From assembly GCA_963661495.1 (NCBI GenBank), contig CAVLCA010000012.1, positions 4,450 through 68,449 of the forward strand: a stretch of DNA of 64,000 bases, read 5' to 3'. The notes below the pieces were generated by a model. The model was not told where the DNA came from. It did no database searches and worked only from the letters and a program-made list of their open reading frames with translations. Of the stretch, positions 50,695 to 59,433 are shown one piece after another. The translations under genes and the position numbers were made by a program. The stretch is from a bacterium. Lineage in GTDB: Bacteria > Bacillota > Clostridia > Oscillospirales > Acutalibacteraceae. The first letter of the stretch is position 1, and each line of letters starts with the position of its first letter.

Positions 50695-51333
50695 TTATAA
50701 ATTTATAACCATATCTGTCATCTTGTCAAAGTCGTCGGTATGTGAGACGATTATTACCGTTTTGCCGACAGAGTGCATTTTGCCGAGAAAATCTACAAGC
50801 CACAGTCTTGATTTTTTGTCAAGGAAATTCATCGGTTCATCAAGAATCAGCGTTTGCGGATTCATTGCAAGCACAGACGCCACGGCAACCTTTTTCTTTT
50901 CCCCCATCGAAAGATGAAAAGGTGCACGCTCCTTGAGGTGCTCCGTGCCGGTGAGGGCAAGCATATCGTCAACACGCTTTGCAATTTCATTTTCGTCAAG
51001 TTGCATTTGGCGTGGTGCAAAGGCTATTTCATCATACACACTTGAGCAAAACAGTTGTGCGTCCGTATTTTGAAAAATATAGCCGATTTTTTGATGAAAC
51101 GCTTTTGCGAATTGCTCGTTTTTCATTGAGCTTTTATTAATTTCCGTTCCGTCAAAGGTATATATTCCGATTTCGGGGAACTCCAACGCATTTATGATAT
51201 TCAAAAGCGTACTTTTGCCGCAACCGTTATCGCCTTTTATAACAACAAATTCGCCGTCGTTTATCTCCGCATTAAAATGCTTCAGCACGGGAGTGCTGTC
51301 GTATGCAAAGCAAATATCATTAAGATTAATCAT
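50695..51333 (-). CDS. cbiO: ECF transporter ATPase (CbiO-type)
   Basis: Walker A GDNGCGKST, signature LSMGEKKKVAVA, Walker B LILDEP. Confidence 0.85.
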   Translation of the reverse strand: MINLNDICFAYDSTPVLKHFNAEINDGEFVVIKGDNGCGKSTLLNIINALEFPEIGIYTFDGTEINKSSMKNEQFAKAFHQKIGYIFQNTDAQLFCSSVYDEIAFAPRQMQLDENEIAKRVDDMLALTGTEHLKERAPFHLSMGEKKKVAVASVLAMNPQTLILDEPMNFLDKKSRLWLVDFLGKMHSVGKTVIIVSHTDDFDKMTDMVINL

Positions 51334-52148
51334 TTTGCAATCACCTCAAAATAAACAAAAATTCCCACCGCACAGGCAACAAAAAGCATATACAAAAAGT
51401 CTTTTGCCTTTAATTTTTCGTGTCTTGTAACCGTGTATTTACCGCCAAAGCCTCGACATTCCATAGCTTTAACCGTTTCTTCGCCCGACTGCTTAGCTTT
51501 GATAAACACCGTGCCGAGTATTCCCGAAGCCGAGGATTTTTTGTTGTCATTCTTGCCGATTGAACGAATTTTAAGCGCCGTCAACATTTCAAAGCAAATC
51601 TCGCTCAAAATCAAAATGTATTTAACCGTAAAATCAAAGGTGAAAATCACCACATCAGGAATGTGAAACGATTTGAGCGACGAGGTTATGCTGTTAAACG
51701 GAGCGGTCAAATTGACCGACATAATAAGGCTTGTGCTGACAATCACCTTGCCGAGAACCGTGAGCAGCGTTTTCGGGTGTCCCATAAAAACAGCCGGAAG
51801 TAGAATGACAGTCGATATTAACATCGCAGGAATAAGCACTTTAAAAAGTGCCCTGATTTTGTCCGCCTTGAGAAGTGCAACTCTGACCGCAGTAACTCCG
51901 AGCATAAACAAAACGAAGCTGTAATTTTTTGCCACAGCAGTAAGAATTATCAGCAATAAAACGGCAAAAAGACGAACGGAAGTGTTCGCTTCCTTCGTCT
52001 TGTATACACCGCTGTTAACTTTATATTTTGACATCACCGCCACAACGGATTTTTGCGACTTCGTAATAAAATTGCGGTTATCCTTGGGCGGAATATAGTC
52101 CTCTTTTACCGTCAACCATGACGGTATTTCATTTTCAGTCATAGTCAA
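51330..52148 (-). CDS. cbiQ: ECF transporter T component (CbiQ-type)
   Basis: 272-aa multi-span protein overlapping both neighbours (4 and 14 nt), located between cbiM and cbiO. Confidence 0.8.
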   Translation of the reverse strand: MTMTENEIPSWLTVKEDYIPPKDNRNFITKSQKSVVAVMSKYKVNSGVYKTKEANTSVRLFAVLLLIILTAVAKNYSFVLFMLGVTAVRVALLKADKIRALFKVLIPAMLISTVILLPAVFMGHPKTLLTVLGKVIVSTSLIMSVNLTAPFNSITSSLKSFHIPDVVIFTFDFTVKYILILSEICFEMLTALKIRSIGKNDNKKSSASGILGTVFIKAKQSGEETVKAMECRGFGGKYTVTRHEKLKAKDFLYMLFVACAVGIFVYFEVIAK

Positions 52149-53124
52149 CCTTTGATTTCATAAATGTGCCGACAAGCTTAAACAAAATTGTTGAAATTGC
52201 AATACCGATAACGGCACACAAAATATATCCAATCCACTCAGGCAGACCGCCGATTGAATAATCCGGGCAAATCGCCTCAAATGTTGAGAGAGGACCGCTT
52301 GCAAGACCCTTAGGAACATAGCCGACAAGGTCGGTCATTTCGTCTGCTCCCCATTCGCCCCAAGCCGTGCCGGAAGCTAAAAGTCCGATAGGGGTTGCGA
52401 GTGTAAGCACTGCAAGAAGCACACCAATAAAAGTGTTGCCTTTTTTCGTTCTCGGTTGTTTTGCCATAATTTCCGGCGATGTCGAAGTAACAAAGGCAAG
52501 CATTGCAACAGTAAATATCGCTTCTGCCAAGCCGAAAAGTGTGAGGTGTTCCGCCATCATCGCAGGGATTGACACATTGAGTCCGTAAGGGCAATAGAGC
52601 GCCTGACCGTCTGCGGATTTGAAAAGCAGAGGCTGAATACCGAACTCGACAGCCGCACACAGTGCCGCACAGTTGATGCCTACATAACTGCCGACAGCCG
52701 CACCGATAAACTTTCCGTTTTTATTTTTGATTTTTCGGGTAATAAGATTATACACGGCATAGCCGACAAAAGGCAACACAAAAGCCATATTGAAGCAGTT
52801 TGCACCGATTGCAAGCACACCGCCGTCGCCAAACAGCAACGCTTGCAAAATCAGCGTCACGCTGACCGACAAACACGCCGCCTCGGGTCCCAAAAGTATG
52901 GCAATCAGCGTTCCGCCTACTGCGTGACCCGTTGAACCTCCGACAATCGGGATGTTGAACATCATTGCAACGAATGAAAAAGCGGCAAATATACCGAGTA
53001 GCGGCATTTTATCTTTTGTAATTTCCTTTGATACTTTTTTGATTGAATATCCCCATGCAGGAATTGTAGCGGCTGTCATAACCGCACAGGTAGCCGGGGA
53101 AAGATAGTTTTCCGGAATGTGCAT
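52135..53124 (-). CDS. cbiM: Cobalt/nickel ECF substrate component CbiM fused to a C-terminal PDGLE/CbiN-like extension
   Basis: Characteristic N-terminus MHIPENYLSP. Multi-span core. About 100 extra C-terminal aa with a further span and the GTAWGEWG segment. Confidence 0.8.
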   Translation of the reverse strand: MHIPENYLSPATCAVMTAATIPAWGYSIKKVSKEITKDKMPLLGIFAAFSFVAMMFNIPIVGGSTGHAVGGTLIAILLGPEAACLSVSVTLILQALLFGDGGVLAIGANCFNMAFVLPFVGYAVYNLITRKIKNKNGKFIGAAVGSYVGINCAALCAAVEFGIQPLLFKSADGQALYCPYGLNVSIPAMMAEHLTLFGLAEAIFTVAMLAFVTSTSPEIMAKQPRTKKGNTFIGVLLAVLTLATPIGLLASGTAWGEWGADEMTDLVGYVPKGLASGPLSTFEAICPDYSIGGLPEWIGYILCAVIGIAISTILFKLVGTFMKSKVDYD

Positions 53125-53244
53125 AAGTTTTCTCCTTGTTTTTTCTTTGTGTATATTATCATACCCAAAAATTCAAAACAAGCCTCCCCGGGGGTTGTTT
53201 TTATAAAAAAATAAAGACAACCAAACCGCCGTCAATTCAACCCT

Positions 53245-53538
53245 TTATACCAAGTGTAATTTTACAATTACCCCAATATTAACTATTGTTGCAACAAGTC
53301 CTGAAATTACGCCGATGGCGGTACATATTTTTGTTAATTTTTTATTGCTACTCATAATGTTTATTATAAAAGAGACAATATTAACCAAGCTCGGAATAAC
53401 GAATAAAGAATTAACGCAATCCATATTGATTACAGATATTAGTATTCCGATTATACTAACATACGCGAATATAATTATTAAATAATCATATTTATTTTTT
53501 CGTTCTTCATTATTAAACAAATTATTTTCGTTTTTCAT
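53245..53538 (-). CDS. Small three-span membrane protein (97 aa)
   Basis: Three hydrophobic segments. AT-rich. Divergent from the XRE regulator gene. Confidence 0.55.
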   Translation of the reverse strand: MKNENNLFNNEERKNKYDYLIIIFAYVSIIGILISVINMDCVNSLFVIPSLVNIVSFIINIMSSNKKLTKICTAIGVISGLVATIVNIGVIVKLHLV

Positions 53539-53633
53539 ATGACATATTATCTCCTTTCCAACAAACCACTATACTATTAATTGTATTGTTTATATTATGT
53601 TAATTATACTAATTATATCGGTACAAGTCAAGT

Positions 53634-53669
53634 TTAATCGGTAATGTTATCGTGAATATTACCGATTAA
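53634..53669. promoter_or_regulatory. Perfect 12-bp inverted repeat (candidate operator) in the divergent promoter region
   Basis: TTAATCGGTAAT-(12 nt)-ATTACCGATTAA. The right arm ends 7 nt upstream of a TAAAAT -10 (53677-53682) for the XRE gene. Confidence 0.6.
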
Positions 53670-53699
53670 ATTAGTGTAAAATGAGTATGAGGTGGTAAT

Positions 53700-54008
53700 A
53701 TGTATGAGCAATTTATACGAAACAGAATTACCGAATTGCGTTTGCAAAAAAATGTTTCGGAATACAAAATGAGCCTTGATTTGGGTCACAGCAAAAGTTA
53801 TATACAAAGCATTTCATCAGGCAGAGCACTTCCTTCTATGATTGAATTTATTTCCATTTGCGAATACTTTAATATCACACCGTCCGAATTTTTTAACGAA
53901 AAAGGAACAGAACTAATAGCACTAAATGAACTTCAAACAGAGGCAAAACAATTAAACAATGATGACATAAAACTATTAACCTATATTGCCAAACGGTTAA
54001 ACAAATAA
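53700..54008 (+). CDS. XRE-family helix-turn-helix transcriptional regulator
   Basis: ITELRLQKNVSEYKMSLDLGHSKSYIQSISSGRALPSM..EFISICEYFNITPSEFF. GAGGTGG RBS. The only convincing plus-strand gene. Confidence 0.85.
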   Translation: MYEQFIRNRITELRLQKNVSEYKMSLDLGHSKSYIQSISSGRALPSMIEFISICEYFNITPSEFFNEKGTELIALNELQTEAKQLNNDDIKLLTYIAKRLNK

Positions 54009-54040
54009 AAATGACTATCCGCTCGGGTAGCCATTTTTTT
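54007..54040. terminator. Bidirectional terminator between convergent genes
   Basis: AAAA-ATGACTATCC-GCTC-GGGTAGCCAT-TTTTTTT. The stem is perfect with G-U pairs on the minus-strand RNA and has two A-C mismatches on the plus-strand RNA. Confidence 0.6.
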
Positions 54041-54058
54041 GATTATATACACTTTACA

Positions 54059-54844
54059 TTATGACAGAAGCATTCTGTCGTTATCAAGATTTTCGCCGAC
54101 GGAAATTTTGAACTTTTCAAGGAGGTCAGGAACGGTAAGTCCGGCACGCTCCTCGTTTGCCACATCATAAACGACTCTGCCCTTATCCATCATAATCGTG
54201 CGGTTGCCGAGGTCGAGCGCAGACTGCATATTGTGGGTAATCATAAGACAGGTAATTTTGTTTTCATCCACTATTTGAGTGGTGAGATTGAGCACCTTTT
54301 CGGCTGTACCCGGGTCAAGAGCCGCCGTATGCTCGTCAAGGAGCAAAATCTTCGGCGGATTGATTGTTGCCATCATAAGAGTAAGAGCCTGACGCTGACC
54401 GCCCGAAAGAAGTCCCACGGGTGAATTCATTCTGTCCTCAAGTCCCATACCCAAAAGAGCAAGTTTTTCTCTAAAAATCTTTTTATCTTTTTTTGAAACG
54501 GTGCTGAGCCATCCGCCGTGACCTGCGGCAAGAGCAAGATTTTCTTCAATGCTCATACCGGGTGCACTGCCCTTCATAGGGTCTTGAAAAAGTCTGCCGA
54601 TAAAGCGTGCACGCTTGTGCTCCGGCATAGCGGTTATATCCTTACCCTCAAGCAAAATTCTGCCCTCGTCGGTAAGATATGTGCCGGCAATAGCGTTGAA
54701 AAGCGTTGACTTGCCTGCGCCGTTTGCACCGATAATTGTAATAAAATCGCCCTTGTTAACCTTAAGGGAAAGATTGTTAAGTGCCACCTTTGCGTCGGGT
54801 GTGCCCTTAAAGAATACCATTTTTACATCTGACAATGTGAGCAT
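54059..54844 (-). CDS. ABC transporter ATPase
   Basis: Walker A GANGAGKST, signature LSGGQRQAL, Walker B LLLDEHTAALD. Confidence 0.9.
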   Translation of the reverse strand: MLTLSDVKMVFFKGTPDAKVALNNLSLKVNKGDFITIIGANGAGKSTLFNAIAGTYLTDEGRILLEGKDITAMPEHKRARFIGRLFQDPMKGSAPGMSIEENLALAAGHGGWLSTVSKKDKKIFREKLALLGMGLEDRMNSPVGLLSGGQRQALTLMMATINPPKILLLDEHTAALDPGTAEKVLNLTTQIVDENKITCLMITHNMQSALDLGNRTIMMDKGRVVYDVANEERAGLTVPDLLEKFKISVGENLDNDRMLLS

Positions 54845-55797
54845 TATTGCACCTTCTTTCCCGAGCGAAGTTTTGCTTTTCTGATATATTCAGGCATTTT
54901 TGTTTTGAGATACGGTCCTGCAATTGCGATAATTACGATTACAGACGATACGAATTTGAGCATAAACGGCGGCATATGAAGGCCGATTGCGATTTGGTAA
55001 ACCAAGCGGAATACAACCGCACCGATAACCGCACCGATTGCACGAAGCGGAATTTTGCCCCGTCTGACAAACACACCGCCGATAAGAAGTGAAGCGAGTG
55101 CAACCGTTACCATACCTGTGCCGATATTGATTTCTGCCTGTTTTTGAGCCTGTGCAAGCAAGCAACCCGACAAAGCGGTGAACGAGTTTGCAATACAAAG
55201 ACCGATAATTGTTGTAACAATCGGATTGATTGACGATGATTTTACCATATCGGGATTGTTACCCGTTGCACGAATTGAAAGACCGAGCTTTGTTTTGAGG
55301 AACAATGACAAAAACAGCACAACAAAAAATACTGCCAAAGTCGCAATAATAAGGGCTTGTTTGCCCTCGAGTGCCGTGCCGTCAAGTTTTGATTTAAGAA
55401 GTGAAAAAACAGTGTCAACACTGTTGAGATTGAGCAATGACGATTTTTTCATAACCGCAATGTTAATCGAATACAGTCCTGTATTAACTACAATACCCGC
55501 AAGGAGGCTGTCTATACCGAGAACGGTTTGCAACAGTGCAGTAATCAAGCCCGAGGCGACACCGGCAAGCATTGCAAGCGGAATTGACAAAATCGGATGA
55601 CCGTTTAAAGCGACTATCGCACCGACTGCCGCGCCGAGAGTGAAGCAACCGTCGGTTGAAAGGTCGCACACATTAAGCATTGTGTAGCTGAGGAAAAGTG
55701 CAAGCACCGTAAGCGAAGTGATTAAGCCGAGTTCCAAAACGGTTTGCATTTGCCCCGCATCAAAAATTGAAGCTAAAGTTGACATTGTTTTCACCAT
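54844..55797 (-). CDS. ABC transporter permease
   Basis: 317-aa multi-span protein. Its stop overlaps the ATPase start by 1 nt. Confidence 0.85.
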   Translation of the reverse strand: MVKTMSTLASIFDAGQMQTVLELGLITSLTVLALFLSYTMLNVCDLSTDGCFTLGAAVGAIVALNGHPILSIPLAMLAGVASGLITALLQTVLGIDSLLAGIVVNTGLYSINIAVMKKSSLLNLNSVDTVFSLLKSKLDGTALEGKQALIIATLAVFFVVLFLSLFLKTKLGLSIRATGNNPDMVKSSSINPIVTTIIGLCIANSFTALSGCLLAQAQKQAEINIGTGMVTVALASLLIGGVFVRRGKIPLRAIGAVIGAVVFRLVYQIAIGLHMPPFMLKFVSSVIVIIAIAGPYLKTKMPEYIRKAKLRSGKKVQ

Positions 55798-55899
55798 TGT
55801 CTTTCGTTAAAATAATAAAATAATAGGCTGTTCATAAAGTTTCCGAATTTTGTTTCTTGCGAATTTGAACACAGTTCAGGAACTTTATCTACAGTCTAC

Positions 55900-55924
55900 G
55901 GCACCCTGCAAAATGCAAGGTGCC
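55900..55924 (-). promoter_or_regulatory. Intercistronic stem-loop between the binding-protein and permease genes
   Basis: GGCACC-C-TGCA-AAA-TGCA-A-GGTGCC with no U-tract. Such hairpins often set the binding-protein:permease expression ratio. Confidence 0.5.
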
Positions 55925-55942
55925 ATAATAATTAATTATAGA

Positions 55943-56992
55943 TTATTCAAAGCTTTCTGCTGTTTGGATTTCTTTAATTTCTGTGCAGAACGGATTTGAC
56001 TTTGTTTTTACATCGTCAAGATTGTAGCCAAGTGTTGAGCAGGTTTCTGTATTGATTGTTGCTGTGCCGTTATCAAAGAATTTTACAGGATATGTTGACG
56101 GGTCCTTGCCGTTTACAAGAATGTCTGAAATCATATCTGCTGTTTGCTGACCGAGAGCGGCATAGTCAACACCGTAGCCGAGGAATGCACCGTTGAGTGC
56201 GAATGAATCGGCACCTGTGTAATGAGGGATACCTACCTTTGCAAGGTCTTCGTAAATTGAAAGTTCTGCTGTCATAATTGTGTTGTCGGTCGGAGTAAAC
56301 ACAGCGTCGCACTTATCGTTGATGATAGTTGAAACAGCCTGCTGAACTTCAGTTACATTTGTGCCCGTGTATTCTTTGTATGAAACGCCTTTTTCATCAA
56401 GGTATTTCTTTGCGTTTTCAATAGGGGTTTTTGACGAATCCTGACCCATATCGTAAAGAAGAGCAATGTTGCTTGCCTTTTCGTTATTTGCAAAAATCAA
56501 ATCCATAATGGCATCAGTATTAAGATAGTCGGAAGTACCTGTTACATTTGCACCCGGTGCGTCCTTATCTGCAACCAAGCCTGCACCTACAGGGTCCGAA
56601 ACAGCGGCAAATACAACAGGAATTTTATTATCTTCCGTTGCTGCCTGCATTGCAACTGCTACAGGTGTTGCAACACCAACCATAAGGTCAACATTTGTTG
56701 AGATGTAGTTTGAAATGATTTGATTCATAACCGAAGCGTCTGCGTTGCAGTTTTCAACAGTTACATCAAATGTTACATTGTTTTCTTCACCCAAAGTTTT
56801 GAGCTGTGACTGAATGTTTTCAACGATTTGGTTAAGCGAAGCATCGTCAACATAATTACAAATGCCTACTTTATAGGTCTTTGTTGTTGAAGATGTGTCG
56901 GTGCTGTCTGCAGTTTTTTTGCTGCATGCCGCAAATGCGAAGATAATTGAAATTGCTGTGAGTACTGCGATAATTTTCTTAAACTTTTTCAT
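55943..56992 (-). CDS. ABC substrate-binding lipoprotein (ABC_sub_bind / PF04392-like)
   Basis: Lipobox LTAISIIFAFAAC|SK. YKVGICNYVDDASLNQ...VGVATPVA...PVVFAAVSDPVGAGLV...NVTGTSD. Confidence 0.85.
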   Translation of the reverse strand: MKKFKKIIAVLTAISIIFAFAACSKKTADSTDTSSTTKTYKVGICNYVDDASLNQIVENIQSQLKTLGEENNVTFDVTVENCNADASVMNQIISNYISTNVDLMVGVATPVAVAMQAATEDNKIPVVFAAVSDPVGAGLVADKDAPGANVTGTSDYLNTDAIMDLIFANNEKASNIALLYDMGQDSSKTPIENAKKYLDEKGVSYKEYTGTNVTEVQQAVSTIINDKCDAVFTPTDNTIMTAELSIYEDLAKVGIPHYTGADSFALNGAFLGYGVDYAALGQQTADMISDILVNGKDPSTYPVKFFDNGTATINTETCSTLGYNLDDVKTKSNPFCTEIKEIQTAESFE

Positions 56993-57112
56993 AATAAGTT
57001 TTCCTTTCGATGTTAAAAAATGATGTTTTGTTTTTTGTTTTTAATGATTGTGCAAAACTCACTTTCGCCATCGCCTTTTCAAAATAAACATTTCGTTTCT
57101 CCTTTGACAAAT

Positions 57113-57381
57113 AAAAAAACTCTTGTCCTGACATTTCTGTCGGGACAAGAGTGATAAATCAATCTCCTGCGGTGCCACCCGTCTTGACACATATACTGTG
57201 CCCACTCTACACGCACTACCATGCGCAGACCGTTGTTAACGAAGTGCCAGCTCCGTCTCACCTACTGTAATTTCGGATCGCCCTCAAAAGTCCATTCGGT
57301 TTTTCCCTTACCTATCGCCATCCCACCGTCGGCAACTCTCTGAAAAGCGGTAAAAAACTTACTTACTCTTTCTCATCGGTT
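57113..57381 (-). promoter_or_regulatory. T-box riboswitch leader, probable Trp (UGG) specifier
   Basis: Minus strand shows the GA/K-turn CGAUGAGAAAGAGUA, the AG bulge CAGAGAG, and the specifier loop GAA-UGG-A (codon at 57294-57292). The T-box core is GGGUGGCACCGC (57180-57169). A 13-bp terminator (57151-57120) is followed by U7. Confidence 0.85.
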
Positions 57382-57387
57382 TTCTTA

Positions 57388-57416
57388 ACTCTAACACACA
57401 AAAATCAATTTGTCAA
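57388..57416 (-). promoter_or_regulatory. Sigma-A type promoter of the T-box leader
   Basis: Minus strand reads TTGACA (57416-57411), a 17-nt spacer, then TAGAGT (57393-57388). Confidence 0.55.
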
Positions 57417-57468
57417 CAGTTTTTTCAAAAAATTACTCAAATTCAATTCAAAACCGGTAAAAAATTCA

Positions 57469-58818
57469 TTAATAAATACCCTGTTCCATCATGGCCTGTG
57501 CTACTTTTTCAAAGCCTGCGATATTAGCACCGGCAACAAGATTGTATCCGAGACCGTATTTTTCTGCGGCGGCAACGGAATTCTTGTAAATATTAATCAT
57601 AGCATGATGAAGTTTTTCGTCAACTTCTTCAGCCGTCCATGAAAGACGCTGGGAGTTCTGGCTCATTTCAAGACCGGAAACGCATACACCGCCTGCATTA
57701 ACTGCCTTTGACGGTGCAACGGTAATTCCGTCGGTATCAATAAACAAATTAAGTGCGTCTTCGGTTGTCGGCATATTGGCAACTTCTATGTAATACTTTG
57801 TGCCGTTAGCAATAATCTTCTTAGCCTCTTCAATAGTAATTTCATTTTGAGTTGCACAAGGCATAGCAATGTCAACCTTTTCGCCCCAAGGTTTTTCACC
57901 CGGGAAGAAAGGCACACCGAATTTGTCGGCATAATCCTGACATCTGTCTCTGCCCGAAGCCCTCATTTCAAGAAGATAATTTATTTTTTCATCTGTAACA
58001 ATGCCATCCTTATCATATACATAACCGTCAGGACCTGAAATTGTAACAGGCTTTGCACCGAGTTGTGCAAGTTTTTTGCAAGCACCCCACGCAACATTAC
58101 CAAAGCCTGAAACGGCAACAGTTTTATCTTTGATAGATTCGCCTGCATGCTTAAGTACTTCTTGTGTATAATATACGGCACCGTAACCGGTAGCTTCAGG
58201 TCTGATAAGCGAACCGCCGTAAGAAAGACCTTTACCGGTAATTACGCCGTTTTCAAATGCGTCCGAAATACGCTTATATTGACCGAAAAGGAAGCCGATT
58301 TCTCTTGAGCCGACGCCGATATCACCTGCCGGAACATCGACATTAGGGCCGATATGTCTGTAAAGTTCGGTCATAAACGCTTGGCAAAATCTCATAATTT
58401 CGCCCTTACTCTTACCTCTCGGGTCAAAGTCGGAACCGCCTTTCGCACCGCCCATCGGCAAACCTGTGAGCGAGTTTTTGAAAGTTTGCTCAAAGCCGAG
58501 GAAATACATAATCGATGAATTTACGCTCGGATGAAAACGAAGACCGCCCTTGTACGGACCGATAGCCGAGTTGAACTGAACACGATAGCCTCTGTTAATT
58601 TGTGTCTTTCCTGCGTCGTCAACCCATGCAATACGGAATGTAATAAGTCTGTCAGGCTCTGCCATACGCTGAAGCAAATCATCCTCTACATACTCGGGAT
58701 GCTGCTCTATAACAGCCTCAAGTGACCTAAAAACTTCCTTAACGCACTGGATATATTCAGGTTTCGCATTATCCCTGCGTTCAACGGTTGCAATTACCTT
58801 TTCAATGTAATCATTCAT
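57469..58818 (-). CDS. gdhA: NADP-specific glutamate dehydrogenase
   Basis: 449 aa; GLPMGGAKGGSDFDP and GFGNVAWGA motifs; typical hexameric-GDH length. Confidence 0.95.
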   Translation of the reverse strand: MNDYIEKVIATVERRDNAKPEYIQCVKEVFRSLEAVIEQHPEYVEDDLLQRMAEPDRLITFRIAWVDDAGKTQINRGYRVQFNSAIGPYKGGLRFHPSVNSSIMYFLGFEQTFKNSLTGLPMGGAKGGSDFDPRGKSKGEIMRFCQAFMTELYRHIGPNVDVPAGDIGVGSREIGFLFGQYKRISDAFENGVITGKGLSYGGSLIRPEATGYGAVYYTQEVLKHAGESIKDKTVAVSGFGNVAWGACKKLAQLGAKPVTISGPDGYVYDKDGIVTDEKINYLLEMRASGRDRCQDYADKFGVPFFPGEKPWGEKVDIAMPCATQNEITIEEAKKIIANGTKYYIEVANMPTTEDALNLFIDTDGITVAPSKAVNAGGVCVSGLEMSQNSQRLSWTAEEVDEKLHHAMINIYKNSVAAAEKYGLGYNLVAGANIAGFEKVAQAMMEQGIY

Positions 58819-59238
58819 AGTATTTTCCTCCTGTTGTTTTAATCGGGTGAGTGGCTACTCACCCTTTCTACAATTAATACTATATCACCTTTACGAAAAA
58901 ATTCAATATCTTTTCAAATTTTTGTAGGATGTCACAAAAATAAGCTGTTTTTTCTGTGTAACATACAACCGAAAGAACAACCTATTTTTACTTTTTGTTA
59001 TACCGATTTATATAAACTTTTTTGTAATTTAACATTCCATAAGTTTAAAATGTTCGGTGTTATTTATAATTGTACAACCGTTTATACCGATGGCGATATA
59101 ATCCAAAAGCACAACGCCGATACTGTTAAACAAATATTTGAACTGTACCACGAATGTAACATCACCTATTCCGTCATCCGAAACAAAGTCCATCATACCG
59201 TGAAATCCCTTTATTTATGCGGCTTTTGGCATAAATAA

Positions 59239-59268
59239 AGCCTTTTGAACATTGCTGCTCAAAAGGCT
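59239..59268 (-). terminator. Probable terminator of the dockerin/cohesin operon
   Basis: AGCCTTTTGA-(10 nt)-TCAAAAGGCT. TTTATTTAT follows on the minus strand. Confidence 0.5.
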
Positions 59269-59307
59269 AAAAGTGTCCTTCTCTTGCTATGTTGATACAA
59301 TGAACTA

Positions 59308-59356
59308 GGGGTTCAAAAATATGCAAGGGGGTTCAAAATTTGATAAAGGGGTTCAA
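59308..59356. repeat. Three direct GGGGTTCAA repeats at exact 20-bp phasing
   Basis: Copies at 59308-59316, 59328-59336 and 59348-59356. The first two extend to GGGGTTCAAAA. Confidence 0.8.
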
Positions 59357-59433
59357 GTGAAGTTCTTGGGATGGAAAGTGGCAGTCTTTCGACTGCCATT
59401 CTCCTTAACTACCCTATATCTGAACGATAATAT

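Noticed and set aside
53125-53244. Possible cobalamin or NiCo riboswitch upstream of cbiM.
   Set aside because: Only about 120 nt are available. About 25 of them form a terminator-like hairpin (about 53176-53198) and about 50 form a promoter and RBS. I see no B12-box or NiCo-like conserved blocks.
57079-57261. 60-aa minus-strand ORF upstream of the ABC binding-protein gene.
   Set aside because: It lies entirely within the T-box leader and terminator structure.
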